A stretch of 64,000 nt of DNA from a virus (taxonomy: Duplodnaviria; Caudoviricetes). Below are positions 19,940-29,288 of this stretch, one piece after another (within the stretch, counting starts at the first letter, position 1; each line of letters opens with the position of its first letter). Below the pieces are notes generated by a model, which saw only the letters and a program-made list of their open reading frames with translations, was not told the DNA's origin and did not search any database. The stretch is from positions 51,129 through 115,128 of IMG/VR virus record IMGVR_UViG_3300031867_000015. The stretch is one strand, 5' to 3'. Made by a program: the position numbers and the translations under genes.

Positions 19940-22576
19940 ATGGCATTAGATAAACAGTATTGTATTTATGGAGTAGATACTTCTGCCTTTTACTTTGACG
20001 ATGAAAGAAATGTAGAGCAGAAAATGTATAAAATAAGAAACCAGAAGAATCAATATAAAACATTGCTTGAAGATAAAAATATTTGTGATGCTGTAAGATT
20101 TGTTTTGGAAAAGAAGTACAAGGAAGTATCAAGACAACTTTCGACTTTAAAAGAAATTCTCTTGTCAATGATGAGAGGAAATATGAATCGTTATAGATAC
20201 ATTAATCCTTTAAAGTTAAATCCTCGCAATAGAATATCTATATTCGACAGTGAATTAACTCGTTGTTTTGGTATGACACCTTTAAACCTTAATGTAAGAC
20301 AGACAATTGAAAATACAATTGTCAATGAACAGATTATGGTGGTATCAGTATTTTATTTTGAAGTTCTTGAAAATATGATTCACAGTGGATTTGGCTATAA
20401 CGGAAATAAGTATGTGTACTTTGCAAGTAGTGCAGGTCAGATACGAACAAAGAAAGCCGTTTTCGTCAGAGAAGATTTACTTAATCTAAATTGGAATAGA
20501 CTATCATGTGGTCTTTCGATTGAAGAAGTTAATAACAAAGGTGGCATGAATCTTAATAAATACAATGCGTATCTTGCTCTTTGTAATTCAGCAACAGAGG
20601 AATGGACTGACTTTGATATTGACCGTTGTATCGTTGTTGATGATTTTGAAACTAATGTTATTACCGAGGTTGATTATGTTGATGACAGGGATTATAGCAT
20701 TACTCGTCAGACTATGCCTGTGCCTATTCCTCATACCGATGGATGCGGAATGATAAGTCCAGAACTGAGTAGTAAAAACTTTATGGTCAGGATGCCGTGG
20801 GTCAAAGGATTACTTGGAGTATTTGACTTCAAAAGATTTATTATTGAAAACAAGTGTTCGTCCATAGTAAAAGATATTTGGGGCAAGGAATGGGATATTA
20901 TTGAAGATAATATTCAAATCATTCTTACTAAATCTCAGCTTAAAATGTATGCTTATTATGACAGTTGGGACGATTATAAGAATAGGTTTAAAAAATATAA
21001 TTGCCATGTAGGTAAATGTAATGTTGAAGAAAACTACTACAAGAAAGCAAGTATCAATTATCAGATGATTCAGAGTTTTATTGATTATAAGGATTCTGAA
21101 TTAAAGAAGATGTGCGCTGACAGCGTGAGTTTAATTAATGGCATTTGCACTGACAAACAAGTTCAGCTTGAACAGTTTGGTATTAGGGATGGTAAATCTT
21201 ATAACAAGTACAATGGTATGCAGAAATGTCTTATTGAATATAACGGACTAATTAAGGATAACTTTTTTAGAGAGAAACTGCGTGATTCCAGAAAGAAACT
21301 TATCAAAGATTTATATTCGGCTAAGTTTAGAGTCAATGGATATTACACTTTCCTTTTGCCAGACCTATATGCTTTTTGTGAATGGTTATTTGAGGGTAAT
21401 CAAATACCAAATGGTTTGCTTGCAAACGGTGATGTGTATTGTAACCTTCATGAATTTAATAAGGAAGTTGATTGTTTAAGAAGCCCTCATTTATATTTTG
21501 AACACGCTATAAGAAATAATGTTGTCAATTCTGAAATTCAGAAATGGTTTACAACTAATGCTTGCTATACAAGTACACATGATGTTATTAGTAAGGTTCT
21601 CCAATTCGATGTAGACGGAGACAAGACGTTGATATTACAGGATGATAATATTATTAGCGTTGCAAAAAGAAATCAAATGGGTGTTGTTCCCTTGTACTAT
21701 AATATGCGTAAGGCGGCAAAAGAACAGGTTACAAGCGAAAGCAGATACAGAGGACTATCAACTGCCTTTACAGGTGGCAATATTGGAGTAGTGTCAAATA
21801 ATATCAGTAAGATAAAAAACAGTCAGGAAATCAGAACACCTGAGACAAGACAAGAAGCCATTGACTGTTTGAAATATCTTTGTATGGTAAATAACGAAGT
21901 AATTGACTTTGCCAAGACTTTATATAAGAGTACACCGCCAAAGCAAATTAAGGAAACAATATCAAAGTATGTTAATAAGAAATTACCTGCTTTCTTTACT
22001 TACGCAAAGGATAAGAAAGAAACACAGGTAGAACCTCTTAACGATTGTATTGTAAATAGAATCTTTACATTATATCCAGAAAATGAATTTAAACTTTCGT
22101 TTGAAGATAAAAAAAGATTTGATTATCGTATGCTTATGAACAATCCTAACATAGAAATAGACGAGAATGTACTTAGAACATATAGTGACATGGTATCAAC
22201 TGCTAAATTAAAGAAACATAAAGAAGAAGAAACCAATGCAATAGTTATTAATGATATTATTTCAGAAATGCAGAAATTTGATTATGCTCAATACGAAATA
22301 TGTGATATGCTTGTCAAGGATATGTTTAAGGAACATACGGTGTTTAAGGACATTAGATATAAAGAGTTCTTCTTTACGATATATGGTGATATTGTTTATG
22401 AAAACATTGTAGCTAACAAAACTAAATACGGCTACACTTGTATTGATTGTGGTACTGAAATAAAGAGAGTAAACGGTAAATGCAGATGTGAAGAATGTCA
22501 GAAGAAACAAAAAACAATATTAGCAACATTAAGAAAACGTAAACAAAGAAGTATGTCACGCACCGAAAATGTTTGA
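19940..22576 (+). CDS. yonO: YonO-like single-subunit DNA-dependent RNA polymerase
   Basis: DGCGMIS and FDVDGD (DxDGD catalytic) double-psi barrel motifs, RSPH; ~880 aa; SPbeta-like neighbourhood. Confidence 0.85.
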   Translation: MALDKQYCIYGVDTSAFYFDDERNVEQKMYKIRNQKNQYKTLLEDKNICDAVRFVLEKKYKEVSRQLSTLKEILLSMMRGNMNRYRYINPLKLNPRNRISIFDSELTRCFGMTPLNLNVRQTIENTIVNEQIMVVSVFYFEVLENMIHSGFGYNGNKYVYFASSAGQIRTKKAVFVREDLLNLNWNRLSCGLSIEEVNNKGGMNLNKYNAYLALCNSATEEWTDFDIDRCIVVDDFETNVITEVDYVDDRDYSITRQTMPVPIPHTDGCGMISPELSSKNFMVRMPWVKGLLGVFDFKRFIIENKCSSIVKDIWGKEWDIIEDNIQIILTKSQLKMYAYYDSWDDYKNRFKKYNCHVGKCNVEENYYKKASINYQMIQSFIDYKDSELKKMCADSVSLINGICTDKQVQLEQFGIRDGKSYNKYNGMQKCLIEYNGLIKDNFFREKLRDSRKKLIKDLYSAKFRVNGYYTFLLPDLYAFCEWLFEGNQIPNGLLANGDVYCNLHEFNKEVDCLRSPHLYFEHAIRNNVVNSEIQKWFTTNACYTSTHDVISKVLQFDVDGDKTLILQDDNIISVAKRNQMGVVPLYYNMRKAAKEQVTSESRYRGLSTAFTGGNIGVVSNNISKIKNSQEIRTPETRQEAIDCLKYLCMVNNEVIDFAKTLYKSTPPKQIKETISKYVNKKLPAFFTYAKDKKETQVEPLNDCIVNRIFTLYPENEFKLSFEDKKRFDYRMLMNNPNIEIDENVLRTYSDMVSTAKLKKHKEEETNAIVINDIISEMQKFDYAQYEICDMLVKDMFKEHTVFKDIRYKEFFFTIYGDIVYENIVANKTKYGYTCIDCGTEIKRVNGKCRCEECQKKQKTILATLRKRKQRSMSRTENV

Positions 22577-22679
22577 TATTCGCCTATAAATAGCCATTTG
22601 TTAAGGGTGTCGTAACAAAAAACTGGGGCTATATGGAGAAAGTACAATCGCATAAGTTACAAGCAACTCTTAAAGTGAT

Positions 22680-22719
22680 GAGGAACATAAGATAGAACTT
22701 GTGTTCCTCTTATCTTTTT
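22680..22719 (+). terminator. hairpin/terminator after RNAP
   Basis: gaggaacataag...cttgtgttcctc followed by T tract. Confidence 0.5.
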
Positions 22720-23061
22720 ATACGTACAATCTCCCAATATATCATACCATATCAAAGTTAAAAAGTCAAGAGGTATGATAAATAAATTGAAAGTAGTGAA
22801 ATAATTAATGATTCAGATTAACCGTGATGAAGCACAGGCACTTATGTCTCAGGGTATTCATTGTCCAAAGACTTGCAGACTTAAAAGAGATGGTAGTAAG
22901 CGTGGCAAGTATTTCTGTCCTAATGAAGCAGATGCTATCAGAAAACTTGAACAGTATCGCAAGGAACAGGCAGAAAAGTTTAGCAATAATACTAAGTAAT
23001 AATATCCCCTGTTGTACACAGAGGGCTATCTTAATGATAGTAACTTAAATGAATTGAGGAA

Positions 23062-23826
23062 ATGTTAATGGCTAATAAGAAGAAACCAGAAACAAAGATT
23101 GAAGAAACAACTAATATTCCAGAGGGATATGTAGAAATCACTCCTGAGCAACTTGTAGAAATGCAGAGTGGTATGCAAACCATAATGAGCATCGGACTGG
23201 CTGAAAGACTTTACCTTGAAGATAGGGCAGATAGGATTCTTTATCTTGATGGAGAAGTAGATGATGATGTTCTTCATACATTAATTCTACAAATATGCAA
23301 GATAAACGGAGAAGATTTTGGTAAGTCAAGGGACGAGAGAGTACCTATTACTTTAGTAATAAATAGTTCTGGTGGCAATGCAATTATAGGCATGGCATTA
23401 GTGAACGCTATTCAGAGTTCTATCACTCCTGTAATTGGTGTATGTCTTGGTATGTGTGCAAGCATGGCTTTTGGAGTATTTGCGGTTTGCCATACAAGGC
23501 TGTCTGTTGCAGATGCAACATTTATGGTGCATGATGGTTATGAATACAATCCTATATCTACGACAACAAAGGCACAGGACTGGGCTAAATTCTCCCCTCG
23601 CCTAACTAATAGATATAATAAAGCTATTGCGGCAAGAACTAAGTTTACAGTAAAGGAACTTGAAGATATGTCTCCGCATGATTGTTGGTTCTTTGCAGAT
23701 GACCTTGTTGATATGGGGATGGTTGATGGTATCATTGGCAAGGATATTGAAATGGAAGAAATATTTTCTTTTATGAGTGATATGTCTTGCGACTGCTGTA
23801 ATGAACATGAATGTTCTGAGAAGTGA
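23062..23826 (+). CDS. ClpP-like serine protease
   Basis: RILYLDGEV, PITLVINSSGG, CASMA (Ser), FMVHDG (His). Confidence 0.8.
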   Translation: MLMANKKKPETKIEETTNIPEGYVEITPEQLVEMQSGMQTIMSIGLAERLYLEDRADRILYLDGEVDDDVLHTLILQICKINGEDFGKSRDERVPITLVINSSGGNAIIGMALVNAIQSSITPVIGVCLGMCASMAFGVFAVCHTRLSVADATFMVHDGYEYNPISTTTKAQDWAKFSPRLTNRYNKAIAARTKFTVKELEDMSPHDCWFFADDLVDMGMVDGIIGKDIEMEEIFSFMSDMSCDCCNEHECSEK

Positions 23827-23837
23827 GGTATGTCCTC

Positions 23838-25262
23838 ATGGCTAAAAGCAAGGATAAGATTAAAATTGAAATAGTTGGCAAGAGTGGTGACGGAGTAACA
23901 GGAAGTATGTACTTCGTCACATTCAACGATAAACAAATACTTCTCGATGCAGGTCTTTATCAAACCTCGTCTGATGATATCCTTAAACAATATAAGGTCA
24001 ATCATAGGAATTATAAAGTCCCATTTGCTGACCTTGATGCTGTGATAATTAGTCACGCTCACATAGACCACATAGGAATTGTACCTTATCTTTTTGCAAG
24101 AGGTTACAAGGGTAATATTTATATTCCAAAAGGAAATAAATATCTTGCACGAATTATGTGGGAAGATAGTTTGAAGATATTTGAAAGTGATTGTGTAAAA
24201 TTAGAAAAGCGTTACGATATGAAAGCTACTCCATTATATACACAAGAGGATATAGAAGTTGCAATGGAGCATTTGGTTGAACTACCATTCGGTGAAAATA
24301 TTGTTCTGTTTGATGATTTGATTTTGAAATATTATCATGCCAGTCATATTGTAAATGCCGCACAGATTCATTTGACATTTAAGGTTGGTGAAACTATAAA
24401 GACATTATCATACACAGGAGATATTGGTTCTGATATTGATAAAGATTATATCTTATCATATGAGCCACTTCCCTACTCTGATATTGTCTTGGCTGAATGT
24501 ACTTATGGTGGTAGTCATAAGACACATAAACAAAAAGACAGAGATAAGGATATTGAAAAAATAAAATGTGTTGTTGACCAATGTTGCCAATATGATACAC
24601 AAAAGGTTTTGTTCGGTTCATTCTCTTTGAATCGTTTACAAGATATATTAACTACATTATACAAGATATACGGTGATGATGAATCATTTGCGACACCAAT
24701 TGTTATTGATGCCCCACTTGGTAAAAAGGTATCTGACATATGGGACAAGTTAATTGAAAAGGATAATGACCTTTGGAAAAGAGTTATTAATTGGAAAAAC
24801 ATTGTATGGGTTGATAGCTTTGAAAATTCTCAGGAATGGCAGAAGTTAAAAACCTCGCAAGTAGTAATTAGTACAAGCAATTTCTTAAAGAATGGACGTA
24901 TTGTTTCATGGCTCAAATCTATATTACCGAATGAAAATGCGAGAGTTATGTTATGTGGCTATGCAGGTGACAAAGATAGCGTTGCGTATCAAATTCAGTA
25001 CAGTAAGAAATACGTAAACATTGACGGAGAACAAATAAGAAGTAGAGCCAATGTAATGCAATTAGTTTCATTTTCAAGTCACGCTTGTAGAAGCGAGTTG
25101 CTTGAAAGATACACTTCAATGAATTATAACAAAATATATCTTGTTCATAGCGAGAGTGATGGCAAGAAAGAATTTGCAGAATTGCTTCGTAAAGAATTGA
25201 GTTCAGCAAATAAAACCTCAAAGGTTCACACACCTGTTATGGGTGATAAAATAACATTCTAA
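23838..25262 (+). CDS. MBL-fold beta-CASP nuclease
   Basis: SHAHIDH, HIVNA, YTGD, ECTYG, FSSHA, LVH motifs. Confidence 0.85.
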   Translation: MAKSKDKIKIEIVGKSGDGVTGSMYFVTFNDKQILLDAGLYQTSSDDILKQYKVNHRNYKVPFADLDAVIISHAHIDHIGIVPYLFARGYKGNIYIPKGNKYLARIMWEDSLKIFESDCVKLEKRYDMKATPLYTQEDIEVAMEHLVELPFGENIVLFDDLILKYYHASHIVNAAQIHLTFKVGETIKTLSYTGDIGSDIDKDYILSYEPLPYSDIVLAECTYGGSHKTHKQKDRDKDIEKIKCVVDQCCQYDTQKVLFGSFSLNRLQDILTTLYKIYGDDESFATPIVIDAPLGKKVSDIWDKLIEKDNDLWKRVINWKNIVWVDSFENSQEWQKLKTSQVVISTSNFLKNGRIVSWLKSILPNENARVMLCGYAGDKDSVAYQIQYSKKYVNIDGEQIRSRANVMQLVSFSSHACRSELLERYTSMNYNKIYLVHSESDGKKEFAELLRKELSSANKTSKVHTPVMGDKITF

Positions 25263-25460
25263 TATTATTCTGCACTAATTTAATTTTGCAGAAATCTATT
25301 AAAATAAATAATGCGATATGTAGGTGATTATATGGCTGTTTATGCTATACCAAATGATAAACCTTTCATTGGACAAAACATCAAATTAAAAAGAAAGTAT
25401 GGTCACATTGACATTAACGCAGAATTACTAAAACAAGGAATAAATTTGGAGGATATAACT

Positions 25461-25652
25461 ATGAGTAAGTCAAGTATGGCAACAAAGAAAACAACAGTTA
25501 GTCTCAAAGGTGTTCTTAATATTGATGCCGATGAGAAGATTATTTATATTGTAAATGAAGATGGTGAAGCAACACCTATTTCGGAGTATCTTGAAGCATT
25601 TAATAATTGTGAAGTAAGTCTTTCTGTTAACGAAAGTATTGACCTTGCATAA
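25461..25652 (+). CDS. yonK: YonK-like protein
   Basis: 63 aa, KKTTVSLKGVLNID...YLEAFNNCEVSLSV; precedes phosphoesterase as in SPbeta. Confidence 0.6.
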   Translation: MSKSSMATKKTTVSLKGVLNIDADEKIIYIVNEDGEATPISEYLEAFNNCEVSLSVNESIDLA

Positions 25653-25664
25653 GGAGGAATATGA

Positions 25665-26846
25665 TTGGGAATCTCGGCTAACAAAAAGTTTACTCAATCC
25701 GAATTGCGAGAAATATTTGATGTATGTTCTCGTAAAGACCTTACGGGAGATTGGAATAAAATCAGAGACATATTAAATACAAGGCTAAAAAAAGATTATA
25801 ATGAGTCAACGTATCGAAAGAAATATCAGTCATATTGTGATATGAAGTTAGCTTGTAAAGACATAGACCCTGATTTCACAGGTGATACAACTGAGGTTGA
25901 TGTTCAGAAGCGTGAACTTGAACGTGCAAAGATTCAGTTTCGTGACGAACGAAACGCTTGGCAAAGACAAAATTATGCTGATGCAAGAATTGAACAGAAA
26001 CTTGATTATCTTGAACAGGTTATTAAAGAAACAGGCAGACGTAAGTTTAATTCAAACTACTCTTATCCTGTATCAGTTACCAATGAAACAATGGTAGTAT
26101 GTCTGAGTGACCTACATATTGGCGCAGAATACAATAGTATGTGGGGTAAGTATAATTCTGATATTGCAGAACGTAGACTTGCAGAGTATTGTTCGGAAGT
26201 AAAGTCTATTGGAAAAAGACATAACGTTAATAATGTCGTGGTTCTTGGAATTGGTGATTTAATAAGTGGTTCTATCCATAAGTCTATACAGGTCACAAAT
26301 AGGGAAACTGTTATCGAACAGATTATTCTTGCTTCTGAATATATTTCAGAGTTTATAGGAGAACTATGTAAGAATTTTTCTGTTAGATTTGTTAATGTGT
26401 CTGGAAATCATTCAAGAATTGATAAGAAAGATGACGCTCTTAAAGATGAACGTCTTGATAAACTTATCGGTTGGTATGTTGATAAATCACTTTCCCATCT
26501 TGACAACTTTGAATATATAGAAAACAAAGACACAAGTCTTGGTGAAGTTGATGTTTGTGGTCAAAAGTATTGGGTGGTACATGGAGACTATGACCCATTC
26601 AATAAACAGGGATTAGCAAATCTTGTTCTCGCTATGGGGTATAAACCATCAGGAGTATTCTGTGGTCATATGCACTCTGCGGCTATGGATGATATCTCTG
26701 ATATTAAATTTATAAGGTCAGGTTCTTTTGGCGGTAGTGGAGATGATTACACTATCGAAAAGAGATTAACAGGTAAACCCTCACAGACAGTTGCTATATG
26801 TAACCATGAGGGTATTGAATGTATATATCCTGTTACATTACATTAA
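25665..26846 (+). CDS. calcineurin-like metallophosphoesterase (YonJ-like)
   Basis: SDLH, GD, GNH, HGD, GHMH motifs. Confidence 0.85.
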   Translation: MGISANKKFTQSELREIFDVCSRKDLTGDWNKIRDILNTRLKKDYNESTYRKKYQSYCDMKLACKDIDPDFTGDTTEVDVQKRELERAKIQFRDERNAWQRQNYADARIEQKLDYLEQVIKETGRRKFNSNYSYPVSVTNETMVVCLSDLHIGAEYNSMWGKYNSDIAERRLAEYCSEVKSIGKRHNVNNVVVLGIGDLISGSIHKSIQVTNRETVIEQIILASEYISEFIGELCKNFSVRFVNVSGNHSRIDKKDDALKDERLDKLIGWYVDKSLSHLDNFEYIENKDTSLGEVDVCGQKYWVVHGDYDPFNKQGLANLVLAMGYKPSGVFCGHMHSAAMDDISDIKFIRSGSFGGSGDDYTIEKRLTGKPSQTVAICNHEGIECIYPVTLH

Positions 26847-26856
26847 GGATGATATT

Positions 26857-27204
26857 ATGAAACTGCAAAGAAAACAATTAATTGATGAAATGCAGAAAGC
26901 CTTTGCAGAAGTGACAGACGGTGAATTTTTAAATAAAAGAGTATGTGGAATTTTAATAGATGTTTTTGCAACAGCAATAACAAATGTTCTTGTCAGCGGT
27001 AATGACGTAAATATTCGTGGCTTTGGAACTTTTAAAATAAAACATCGTAATTCAAAAGCATATTCAAACCCAAGTAAGCGTGGTGAAAAGATAATTAAAC
27101 CACCAACAATCTGTCCTGTTTTTGTGGCAGGTAAGGAATTAACTAAAGCTGTAAAGGAGACTTTCAATTATGAAAGCAAAGAAAATATTCAAGAAGATGA
27201 TTAA
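26857..27204 (+). CDS. HU-family DNA-binding protein
   Basis: VNIRGFGTFKIKHR...NP...PVFVAGKEL. Confidence 0.85.
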   Translation: MKLQRKQLIDEMQKAFAEVTDGEFLNKRVCGILIDVFATAITNVLVSGNDVNIRGFGTFKIKHRNSKAYSNPSKRGEKIIKPPTICPVFVAGKELTKAVKETFNYESKENIQEDD

Positions 27205-27959
27205 GTCACATAATGATAACGTTGTAACTTATGTGTCAAATTTTGAAAATGTAAGAGAAGTTGCTAAGATGCTTATAGCGTTGCCTGATACTATTATAGA
27301 AGGTGTACATTTGGAATCCCCTGAGTGGGATGGGTATGAGGGTGCATTTCTTCTTACGTTTGACGAGGATAATACTATCTGGATTCAGAAAGCTTATTTT
27401 GATGATGGAAGAATTGCCAGAGGAATAGGTGTTTATATTATTGATAAAAACTCAATAGGCACACATAGACCAGAGGAATTTCTTGTTGAAAATGAAGGAA
27501 TCAATAAAATAATTCTTGTAGGCGGTGAGTCAAATGATTGATGCTAATTATCGAAAGTATGAGTCCTATGACAAATTTATTGAAGAATTTCTTTTCACTG
27601 TAATGGACAATGGTCATGCAATTATTGTAGTTAACTATAAAGACTATCAAGGCGTGATTGAAAATCTTAATGGTAAAGTTCTGAATGGCAAGTCGCTTGC
27701 TACTGATATTGAGACAGCAGAATATTTTGATGATGATATCAAGACAGCGATAGACCATGATGGGAACATGATGATAACAGTTTATAATAATAATTCTATT
27801 ATTGTTGGCGAACCTGTTATATATTCAGACAAGGCAAATAGTTTTATTGATAGTGCATATTTCATTGAAGAAGATGCTATTGAAAAGGCTATGGGCTATG
27901 CTATCCCCAAGAAGAATATTGTACCATTTAAAATTGAGAAAAAGACTATAACGGTATAA
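27170..27959 (+). CDS. two hypothetical proteins (27170-27541, 27525-27959)
   Basis: overlapping co-oriented ORFs. Confidence 0.65.
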
Positions 27960-28032
27960 CCGTTTATATAGTTCTCGTTGCAAATCATAACGAGTAATAA
28001 AAGATGAGATGGGGCTTGATGATGCCCCATAT

Positions 28033-28069
28033 GCAGAGAGCAACTGCAATGATGTTGTAATCTACACCA
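28033..28069 (+). ncRNA. 37-nt tRNA-like mini-hairpin ending ACCA (copy 1)
   Basis: tat|gcagagagcaac-TGCAATGAT-gttgtaatctac-ACCA, preceded by a GC hairpin. Confidence 0.4.
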
Positions 28070-28269
28070 GTATAAAAGAATTAGACTGCTTCTTTGTAAG
28101 CATAATGTTTACGTTGCGCTTAGTTTCTTTGCAGTCAACTTTCAAGCTAAAGAGTTTGCAAGCATCTCTTGCATTGCGTTGTCTGTGCGCACAGGTATCG
28201 CTTTGATTTTCGTGCTTACAATACTTGCGCATTATACCCTTTACAGTACAATGTAAAGGTGCGCATTAT

Positions 28270-28346
28270 GGGTGTATCGTCTAATAGGTAAGGACACAAC
28301 CCTTTCAAGGTTGCAATGGCGAGTTCAAATCTCCCTACGCTCACCA
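28270..28346 (+). tRNA. tRNA-Glu(UUC)
   Basis: acceptor gggtgta/tacgctc, anticodon arm caacc-ctTTCaa-ggttg, gttcaaat T loop, encoded CCA. Confidence 0.9.
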
Positions 28347-28514
28347 GAATAGAGGGTAATCTTTTAGGAGATTACGTGAGATGAAAACCTCTCACCGCTA
28401 CGCCAATAGCAGTAGGTGTTCAAGAGCAATCTTGTAAAGCCATTGGTACAGGCGCATTAGTTGTTTGCTGATATCTTATAATGTAACCCGTAGTAATAGA
28501 AGAAATCAGTATGC

Positions 28515-28588
28515 GGCAGATTGGTGAAATGGCATCATATAAGGTTCATACCCTTTTGTTCTACGTTCGATTCGTAGGTCTGCAACCA
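28515..28588 (+). tRNA. tRNA-Met(CAU), possibly initiator-like or Ile2
   Basis: aagg-ttCATac-cctt anticodon arm, ctacg-ttcgatt-cgtag T arm, 1:72 mismatch, CCA. Confidence 0.8.
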
Positions 28589-28616
28589 ACAATAAGTATA
28601 AAGGAGATTTTAATTA

Positions 28617-28865
28617 ATGGACGAAAGAGCATTACAGATTGTCAGAGATTATATTATAGAACATCTTGATATTACAGATTGTACAGCAAATGCAAGTTTT
28701 GAGGTATACACAGTATGGAAGTGTAAGGCATTACAGAACTGGAAGTATCTGCTTTCAAGCACATTGCCTGACGGAATGTACTATGAACTTACATACAACG
28801 GTGACAAGAAGGAATGGTATCTTGATGCTTATAAGAAATTTCAGAACGTGGTTATCAAGGATTAA
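28617..28865 (+). CDS. DUF6275-like phage protein
   Basis: VWKCKALQNWKYLLSSTLPDGMYYELTYNGDKKEWYLDAYKK. Confidence 0.7.
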   Translation: MDERALQIVRDYIIEHLDITDCTANASFEVYTVWKCKALQNWKYLLSSTLPDGMYYELTYNGDKKEWYLDAYKKFQNVVIKD

Positions 28866-29027
28866 GTGTAACCATGAATATCAATTTTATTATTCTCACA
28901 TGATTAATGGTGGCATGGGTAAGGTAATATGTTACAAATGCCGTAAATGTGAAAAACAAATTTATAAATATATTTAAAGACAACTACTAAATTAATATAT
29001 TTCCTCCTTGCCCTCTTGGAGGGCTAT

Positions 29028-29064
29028 GCCGTTAAGTGTTGCAACGATACACAAGACAGCACCA
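29028..29064 (+). ncRNA. 37-nt tRNA-like mini-hairpin ending ACCA (copy 2)
   Basis: tat|gccgttaagtgt-TGCAACGAT-acacaagacagc-ACCA, preceded by gccctc/gagggc hairpin. Confidence 0.4.
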
Positions 29065-29087
29065 AATAAAATATAAGGGGAAATAAA

Positions 29088-29276
29088 ATGGAATATTATT
29101 ATAAATGTCCTAAGTGTAAAAATAGATTTATGGTTGAAAAGAAAATATCTGAATATAATCCTCATGAAATTTGTCCCAAATGTGGTGAGGAATCAAACAG
29201 AGATATGGAAGTCAACTACTGTAACGGAAACTATGTTGTTAAATGTAGTGGATTTTATGGCAAGACTTCCAGTTAA
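29088..29276 (+). CDS. FmdB-family zinc ribbon protein
   Basis: YYYKCPKC...CPKCG...SGFY. Confidence 0.7.
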   Translation: MEYYYKCPKCKNRFMVEKKISEYNPHEICPKCGEESNRDMEVNYCNGNYVVKCSGFYGKTSS

Positions 29277-29288
29277 AGGAGGAATAAT

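Noticed and set aside
28009-28206. 65-aa ORF or tmRNA in the RNA cluster
   Set aside because: ORF lacks a good RBS and overlaps hairpins; the ggggc start pairs locally and there is no tag frame or T arm
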